Shown: positions 26,767-32,000 of the stretch, one piece after another
Layout: each line of letters starts with the position of its first letter
Position numbering within the stretch: position 1 is the first letter of the stretch
NCBI RefSeq assembly: GCF_001306055.1
Contig: NZ_LGHJ01000013.1
Location: forward strand, 30,001-62,000
Length of the DNA stretch: 32,000 nt
Direction: 5' to 3'
DNA from: Bellilinea caldifistulae
GTDB taxonomy: Bacteria; Chloroflexota; Anaerolineae; Anaerolineales; Anaerolineaceae
The notes under the pieces: model-generated
What the model saw: only the letters and a program-made list of their open reading frames with translations
What the model was told of the DNA's origin: nothing
Database searches by the model: none
Made by a program: the position numbers and the translations under genes

Positions 26767-28336
26767 ACTCCCTTCAAAAAGCCGGGTGGTGGGTTTTATT
26801 GACATTGGTACAAACTCCATTCGTCTCTTGTTGGTGCGCATCAATCCCAACAAGACTTATCAAGTGCTGACCGCCCAAAAAGAAGTGGTACGGCTCGGCG
26901 AGGGCGAATTCATTGAGCAAACCCTTCAGCCCGAAGCCATGGAGCGCGCCATCACCGTTTGCCGAAAATTTGCCGAACTTGCCCGTCAACGGCAGGCGGA
27001 AGAAATCATTGCGGTAGCCACCTCGGCGACTCGCGAAGCCAGCAACAAAGCCGAATTCATCCAGCGTTTGAAAGACGAAGCCGGGCTGGATGTGCGTGCC
27101 ATATCGGGCCTGGAAGAAGCCCGCCTGATTTATCTGGGGGTTGCCTCCGGCGTCCACCTCGCTGACCGACAGGCCTTATTCGTGGATATTGGCGGCGGCA
27201 GCACCGAAATCATTGTCGGTGACCAGCAGCAGTATCACCTGCTGGATTCGCTCAAATTAGGTGCGATCCGCCTGACAACCATGTTTTTCCTACCAGATGA
27301 AAAGGAACCCATCTCCCCTATCCGTTATGCGTTGATTCAAAATTATGTTCGCAATATCATCGTGCGGACGATTCAACGTGTTCAACCCTACAAGATTGAT
27401 GTGGTTTACGGCTCTTCCGGAACCATTCTCAATCTCGCAGATATAGCAGCCCATCGCTTTTTCAAGCGTAAACTGGAACGCGAGGATGAAATCACCCACG
27501 CCCAGCTCAAGGAAGTGATTCAAGTGCTCTGCGAGGCCAATCTGGAAGAACGCCGGCAGATCCCCGGCATCAACCCGGAACGAGCCGATATCATCATCGC
27601 TGGAGCAGCAATCATTGATACCATCATGGAAGAGCTCAAACTGCCCTCCTTCCGCCCCAGTGAACGCGGCCTGCGGGATGGACTGTTGATTGATTATCTC
27701 TCGCGGACGGATCAATCCCTCATGCTCGGTCAAATGACCGTGCGGGAACGTTCTGTGCTGCATCTAGCCCGCACAGTCAACTTTGATGAGCCACATGCCC
27801 GTCATGTTGCCCGCCTTGCACTGCAATTGTACGATTCGGGCTACCAGATCGGCTTACACCGCCTGGGACGCTGGGAAAGAGAATTGCTGGAGTATGCCGC
27901 CTTGCTGCACGATATTGGCGCGTTTCTTTCCTATCAAAATCATCAAATGCACACCTACTACCTGATCCGCAACGCCGATTTACTGGGTTTTGACCAGAAA
28001 GAAATCACCATCATGGCGTTAGCCAGTCTTCACCACCGCAAAGCGTTACCCAGCAAAAAAGAACCCGAATTTGCCGCCCTGGATAAAGACTCCCAAACCG
28101 CCGTCAAGGTGTTGGGGATCATTCTGCGCCTCTCCGAAAGTCTGGATCGCAGCCACATGGGTGCTGTTCATCGGGCGCGTTTTGTCTCCGGCGATAAAAG
28201 AGAGGTCATCCTCGAAATGTTTTCGGATCAGGATTGCCAGCTGGAACAATGGGGCGTGGAAAACCACCTCGAAGCCTTCGAGAAGACCTTCAACCGTCCT
28301 CTGGTTGTGCGGGTGATTGCCAAGTCATCGGTTTAG
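26750..28336 (+). CDS. ppx: Ppx/GppA-family exopolyphosphatase with C-terminal HD domain
   Basis: ASKHA motifs GFIDIGTNSIRLLL and FVDIGGGSTEI, plus a C-terminal HD module (LLHDIGAFLSYQNH). I placed the start at ATGATG 26750 (MMENPEL) behind GGAGGAG, overlapping the CHAD 3' end by 17 nt. The ORF-track start at 26447 lies inside the CHAD gene in another frame. Confidence 0.9.
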   Translation: MMENPELPSKSRVVGFIDIGTNSIRLLLVRINPNKTYQVLTAQKEVVRLGEGEFIEQTLQPEAMERAITVCRKFAELARQRQAEEIIAVATSATREASNKAEFIQRLKDEAGLDVRAISGLEEARLIYLGVASGVHLADRQALFVDIGGGSTEIIVGDQQQYHLLDSLKLGAIRLTTMFFLPDEKEPISPIRYALIQNYVRNIIVRTIQRVQPYKIDVVYGSSGTILNLADIAAHRFFKRKLEREDEITHAQLKEVIQVLCEANLEERRQIPGINPERADIIIAGAAIIDTIMEELKLPSFRPSERGLRDGLLIDYLSRTDQSLMLGQMTVRERSVLHLARTVNFDEPHARHVARLALQLYDSGYQIGLHRLGRWERELLEYAALLHDIGAFLSYQNHQMHTYYLIRNADLLGFDQKEITIMALASLHHRKALPSKKEPEFAALDKDSQTAVKVLGIILRLSESLDRSHMGAVHRARFVSGDKREVILEMFSDQDCQLEQWGVENHLEAFEKTFNRPLVVRVIAKSSV

Positions 28337-29062
28337 AATTTCCGGATCGGCAGCCTGCCACTCGATCTTAAAACCGAAAACAGTTTCAAAAACCCGGCTC
28401 ACCTGTTCGGCCACTTCTCGCACCGATGGACAGGGCGAAAGCCAGTCACTCATCGCAGCCATTTGTACCCCCTCCAGCCCACAGGGAATAATTCCCTGCC
28501 AGTAGAGCATATCCGGCTGCACATTCAAGGCAAAACCATGCCGAGAGACACCGCGGGCATCCACTTTGACCCCAATCGAGGCAATTTTGGTGGGCAGGTG
28601 ATATTCACCGGCGGTTTTGTTCACCCAAACGCCGGTTAAACCTTCCCTTCGGAAGGCTTCGATTCCATAAAAATCCAGCACGCTGATTAAGACCTCTTCC
28701 AGTTTGCGTACATACCCCACAAAATCGGCCTGAGGCAGGCGCTCACCCTGCCAGCCGGGGGCTGCCAGCGGCAGCAACGGGTAACCCACCAGTTGCCCCG
28801 GCCCGTGATAGGTAATATCACCCCCGCGGTCAACCTCAAAAATGGCAATTCCACGTCGTTGAATTTCCTCGGCCGGCCAGAGGATATGCTCACGCCCGCC
28901 GCGCCGTCCAATGGTATAAGTGTGGGGATGTTCCAGCATCAAGACCGTTGGCGGCTGGCGTCCTTCTGCAATCTGCCCGGCGAGGCGGTTTTGCAGGTCC
29001 CAGGCGCGTTGATACTCGACCTCCCCCAACCAGTAAACCTGACAAGAATTTGATTTTTCCAT
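28325..29062 (-). CDS. lipB: Octanoyltransferase (lipoyl(octanoyl) transferase)
   Basis: LipB motifs RGGDITYHGPGQLVGYP, the catalytic-Lys region KIASIGVKV and PCG (IIPCGL). I placed the start at ATG 29062 (MEKSNSCQVYWLG). The 18-codon ORF-track extension is AT-rich and atypical in codon choice. Confidence 0.9.
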   Translation of the reverse strand: MEKSNSCQVYWLGEVEYQRAWDLQNRLAGQIAEGRQPPTVLMLEHPHTYTIGRRGGREHILWPAEEIQRRGIAIFEVDRGGDITYHGPGQLVGYPLLPLAAPGWQGERLPQADFVGYVRKLEEVLISVLDFYGIEAFRREGLTGVWVNKTAGEYHLPTKIASIGVKVDARGVSRHGFALNVQPDMLYWQGIIPCGLEGVQMAAMSDWLSPCPSVREVAEQVSRVFETVFGFKIEWQAADPEILNR

Positions 29063-29149
29063 AAAATTTTTTCTTAAGTCTATCTGCAATAATTCTCGCC
29101 ATAAGTATACCCGCATTGGCCGGTTTCGTTCAAAGATTTCTTAACATTC

Positions 29150-29180
29150 TCTAATATTTCACCGACACAAATCTAATATT
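29150..29180. repeat. Two copies of TCTAATATT 22 bp apart in the lipB/clpB divergent intergenic region
   Basis: Exact 9-mers lie at 29150-29158 and 29172-29180 (two helical turns apart). Each contains the palindrome AATATT. They lie about 80-110 nt upstream of the clpB ATG, in an AT-rich spacer. Confidence 0.3.
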
Positions 29181-29259
29181 ATCCGAATAGCATGAGAACA
29201 GCCATTATAGACCCTTGATGGATTTATTGGTGTAAATTGCAATAATCAGGAGGTAAAAA

Positions 29260-31854
29260 ATGAACTTAGATAAATACACCCAAAAAGCTCAGGAAGCCAT
29301 CTTTCAAGCCCAGCGTTTGGCGCAGGACTTGAACCACCAGGCAATTGAACCAGCCCACTTGCTGCTGGCATTAATTCAACAGGAAGACGGCGTTGTACCC
29401 GCCGTGATCACCCGTATTGCCGGCAGTGTGCTGGCCATCCGCCAGGAACTGACCCAGGATTTGGAAAAGCGCCCCAAAGTGTACGGAGCCGGCGGGGAAG
29501 TTGGTCTTTCCCGCGCAGCAGCGGATGTACTCAGCACGGCTGAACGTTACGCCAAAGGCATGCAGGATGATTACGTTTCCACCGAACATATCCTGTTGGG
29601 CTTAACGGAGAGTATCGAAGGCCGACGGCTCAGCCAGTACGGCGTAACCAAGGAATCAATCCTCAAAGCCCTGGCTTCCGTGCGAGGCACCCAGCGGGTC
29701 ACTTCCCAAAACCCGGAAGCCACCTATCAGGCTTTGGAAAAATACGGGCGCGACCTGACCGCCATGGCACGTCAGGGCAAACTTGACCCGGTCATCGGAC
29801 GGGATGAAGAGATTCGCCGTGTCATTCAAATCCTTTCACGCCGCACCAAAAACAACCCGGCTCTCATTGGAGATCCCGGTGTGGGTAAAACCGCGATTGT
29901 GGAAGGATTGGCACAGCGCATTGTCAATGGTGATGTGCCGGAGGGTCTGAAGCATAAACGCATCGTCCAATTGGACATGGGCGCCCTGGTTGCCGGGGCA
30001 AAGTACCGCGGCGAATTTGAAGAACGGCTCAAAGCTGTCTTGCACGAGATCACCAGCGCGGCTGGGGAAGTCATCTTGTTCGTGGACGAGATGCACACGG
30101 TCGTTGGGGCTGGGGCAGCTGAAGGCGCCATGGATGCCGGCAACATGCTCAAACCAATGCTGGCACGTGGTGAGCTGCACATGATCGGCGCTACCACAAT
30201 TGACGAATACCGCAAACATGTGGAAAAAGACCCGGCTCTCGAACGTCGCTTCCAACCCGTGCTGGTTGAAGAACCCTCAGTAGAAGATACCATCAGCATT
30301 CTGCGCGGTCTCAAACAGCGCTACGAAGTCCATCACGGCGTTCGGATAACCGATGCAGCCGTCATTGCGGCGGCTACCCTTTCGCACCGCTACATTACCG
30401 ACCGCCACCTGCCGGATAAGGCAATTGACCTGATTGACGAAGCCGCGGCCCGCCTGCGTACGGAAATCGACTCCAAACCGCAGGCGCTGGACGAAGTGGA
30501 CCGTCAAATTATGCAATTGGAAATCGAACGCCAGGCCTTGCAGAAAGAAAAGGATAAAGCCTCCAAAGAACGGCTGGAAAAGCTCGAACAGGAACTGGCC
30601 GATCTGCGCGAACGTGCTGCCGAACTGTATACTCGTTGGGAGACAGAAAAACAAGCCATTGCTGCCCTGCGGGAAGTAAAGGAAAAAATCGAGCAGGCGC
30701 GCATCGAAATGGAAGATGCCGAACGGCGCAACGATCTGGAAAAAGCCGCCCGCCTGCGCTACGGTCTGTTGCGGGAATTGGAGCAGCAATTGCATGAAGC
30801 CGAAAATCGTCTGAAAGAAATTCAGGCAGAAGGCGCCCTGTTGAAGGAAGAAGTAGACGCCGAAGAGATTGCCGAGATTGTCTCACGCTGGACGGGTATT
30901 CCCGTTTCACGCCTGATGGAAGGCGAGATGCAGAAGTTGCTGCACATGGAAGAACGCCTGCATCAGCGTGTGGTAGGTCAGGATGAAGCCATCCGGGTAG
31001 TTTCCAATGCAGTACGCCGCGCCCGGGCCGGCTTACAAGATCCAAACCGGCCTATCGGCTCGTTTATCTTCCTTGGCCCGACCGGCGTGGGTAAAACCGA
31101 GCTCGCCCGCGCTCTGGCGGAATTTCTCTTTGACGACGAAAAAGCCATGATCCGGATTGACATGAGCGAGTATCAGGAAAAACACACCGTATCGCGGCTG
31201 GTGGGCGCTCCGCCGGGCTATGTCGGTTATGAGGAAGGCGGTCAGTTGACCGAAGCCGTCCGCCGCAAGCCGTACAGTGTGGTGCTATTCGATGAAATCG
31301 AAAAAGCCCATCCGGAGGTCTTCAACGTCTTGCTGCAGTTGCTGGATGACGGGCGCTTGACCGACGGTCAGGGGCGCACGGTGGATTTTCGCAACACCGT
31401 GGTCATCATGACCTCCAACCTGGGCAGCGAATTGTGGTTGAACCATGCGGCTGGAAAACCCGGCCGGGAAACCCTCAACCGCATCCTGCAAGCCCACTTC
31501 CGGCCGGAGTTCTTGAACCGCATTGATGAAATTGTGATCTTTGACCCGCTCACCCGCGAGGATCTGGTCAAAATCGTGGATATCCAGTTGGGCCGTCTGG
31601 CAAATCTGCTGGCACAACGCGGCCTGAAACTGGAAGTCACCCCGGCTGCCAAAGAATATCTGGCTCAGGCCGGCTACGACCCCGATTTTGGTGCACGCCC
31701 GCTCAAACGCACCATTCAACGCGAAGTGCAGGATGTGTTGGCGCTCAAAGTCCTCTCCGGTGAATTCAAAGAAGGCGACACCATTCTGGTAGATGCTGCT
31801 CCCGATGGGCTGGTCTTCCAGTCCCTTGTAGTGGGCGAACCGGTTGAAGCCTGA
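29260..31854 (+). CDS. clpB: ATP-dependent disaggregase chaperone ClpB
   Basis: 864 aa with Clp N-domain repeats, NBD1 Walker A GDPGVGKT, a long M-domain coiled coil (about residues 400-530), NBD2 Walker A GPTGVGKT and sensor-2 GARPLKR. AGGAGG lies 6 nt upstream of the ATG. Confidence 0.97.
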   Translation: MNLDKYTQKAQEAIFQAQRLAQDLNHQAIEPAHLLLALIQQEDGVVPAVITRIAGSVLAIRQELTQDLEKRPKVYGAGGEVGLSRAAADVLSTAERYAKGMQDDYVSTEHILLGLTESIEGRRLSQYGVTKESILKALASVRGTQRVTSQNPEATYQALEKYGRDLTAMARQGKLDPVIGRDEEIRRVIQILSRRTKNNPALIGDPGVGKTAIVEGLAQRIVNGDVPEGLKHKRIVQLDMGALVAGAKYRGEFEERLKAVLHEITSAAGEVILFVDEMHTVVGAGAAEGAMDAGNMLKPMLARGELHMIGATTIDEYRKHVEKDPALERRFQPVLVEEPSVEDTISILRGLKQRYEVHHGVRITDAAVIAAATLSHRYITDRHLPDKAIDLIDEAAARLRTEIDSKPQALDEVDRQIMQLEIERQALQKEKDKASKERLEKLEQELADLRERAAELYTRWETEKQAIAALREVKEKIEQARIEMEDAERRNDLEKAARLRYGLLRELEQQLHEAENRLKEIQAEGALLKEEVDAEEIAEIVSRWTGIPVSRLMEGEMQKLLHMEERLHQRVVGQDEAIRVVSNAVRRARAGLQDPNRPIGSFIFLGPTGVGKTELARALAEFLFDDEKAMIRIDMSEYQEKHTVSRLVGAPPGYVGYEEGGQLTEAVRRKPYSVVLFDEIEKAHPEVFNVLLQLLDDGRLTDGQGRTVDFRNTVVIMTSNLGSELWLNHAAGKPGRETLNRILQAHFRPEFLNRIDEIVIFDPLTREDLVKIVDIQLGRLANLLAQRGLKLEVTPAAKEYLAQAGYDPDFGARPLKRTIQREVQDVLALKVLSGEFKEGDTILVDAAPDGLVFQSLVVGEPVEA

Positions 31855-31868
31855 TTGACAAAGCCGGA

Positions 31869-32000
31869 TCAGAATTTCGGCTCTCGTTTAAAGGGCGGCA
31901 GTTGAACGATGCCTTCAAAAAGGTCTCGTTCAACCCGCCCATTTTTGGGTTCGGGGTAGTACTGCATGTACATCTCCTTGGACGCAAAAATGCGCCTTAA
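31869..32000 (-). CDS. 3' end of an unidentified minus-strand ORF running off the window (or a short 32-34-aa ORF)
   Basis: The frame is open from the window edge: ...LRRIFASKEMYMQYYPEPKNGRVERDLFEGIVQLPPFKREPKF, with stop TGA at 31871..31869. An internal AAGGAG-N6-ATG could alternatively start a 32-aa peptide. I recognise no family. Confidence 0.3.
   Translation of the reverse strand, partial: LRRIFASKEMYMQYYPEPKNGRVERDLFEGIVQLPPFKREPKF

Noticed and set aside
29215-29243. A TTGATG-17-TGCAAT sigma70-like promoter just upstream of clpB.
   Set aside because: The predicted TSS (about 29250) would fall inside the clpB Shine-Dalgarno (AGGAGG 29248-29253), leaving no usable leader. It is probably a chance match in AT-rich DNA.
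29680-29682. An in-frame GTG (Val141) in the clpB N-domain/NBD1 linker. This is analogous to the internal start that yields the short ClpB isoform in E. coli.
   Set aside because: There is no Shine-Dalgarno sequence within 5-12 nt upstream; the nearest, AAGGAA, is about 25 nt away. A short isoform cannot be supported from sequence alone.
1-32000. A search by eye for mobile elements, CRISPR repeats, toxin-antitoxin or defence genes, tRNA/rRNA, and long direct or inverted repeats.
   Set aside because: None was found. Every ORF of 140 aa or more that is not a shadow frame has a recognisable housekeeping identity, and intergenic spacers are 205 nt or shorter. A computational repeat or tRNA scan (tRNAscan-SE, Infernal/Rfam, self-dotplot) would be needed to exclude small elements formally.

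Overview
Both strands of this moderately GC-rich bacterial window are densely packed with core housekeeping genes. By eye I found no rRNA, tRNA, CRISPR array, transposase/integrase or long repeat.

- **Region 41-16278 (minus strand):** an almost complete dcw (division and cell wall) cluster in the order mraZ-rsmH-ftsL(like)-ftsI-murF-mraY-murD-ftsW-murG-[CvpA-family membrane protein]-murC-[64-aa ORF]-murB-ddl-ftsQ-ftsA. Nearly every junction is a start/stop overlap or a gap of 12 nt or less. murE is absent from its usual ftsI/murF slot. Upstream of mraZ sit a near-consensus promoter and four 10-bp-phased GTGG-type repeats, which I read as a putative MraZ operator.
- **Region 16439-19716 (plus strand):** a SufS-like class V aminotransferase/cysteine desulfurase, a half-size EamA (DMT) transporter and cysS.
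- **Region 19713-20879 (minus strand):** a soluble histidine kinase fused to a cyclic-nucleotide-binding domain, with no response regulator in the window. It is divergent from a phosphate locus on the plus strand.
- **Phosphate locus (plus strand):** an 11-bp-phased TTAAC-type Pho-box-like array, then pstS-(strong hairpin)-pstC-pstA-pstB-phoU, an intrinsic terminator, and a translationally coupled stand-alone CHAD protein plus Ppx/GppA-HD exopolyphosphatase.
- **Right end:** lipB (minus strand, its 3' end overlapping ppx), clpB (plus strand), and the 3' end of an unidentified minus-strand ORF at the window edge.

I do not see an unambiguous novel multi-gene system such as a defence island. The candidates most worth follow-up are:
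1. the orphan cNMP-binding kinase sitting where phoR would be expected, next to a Pho-box promoter;
2. the CvpA-family gene and the 64-aa ORF, both translationally coupled inside the dcw operon;
3. the CHAD-Ppx coupled pair appended to pst-phoU.

My taxonomic impression is a monoderm-like lineage, possibly Chloroflexota/Anaerolineae-like. This is a low-confidence guess from protein look and feel only.
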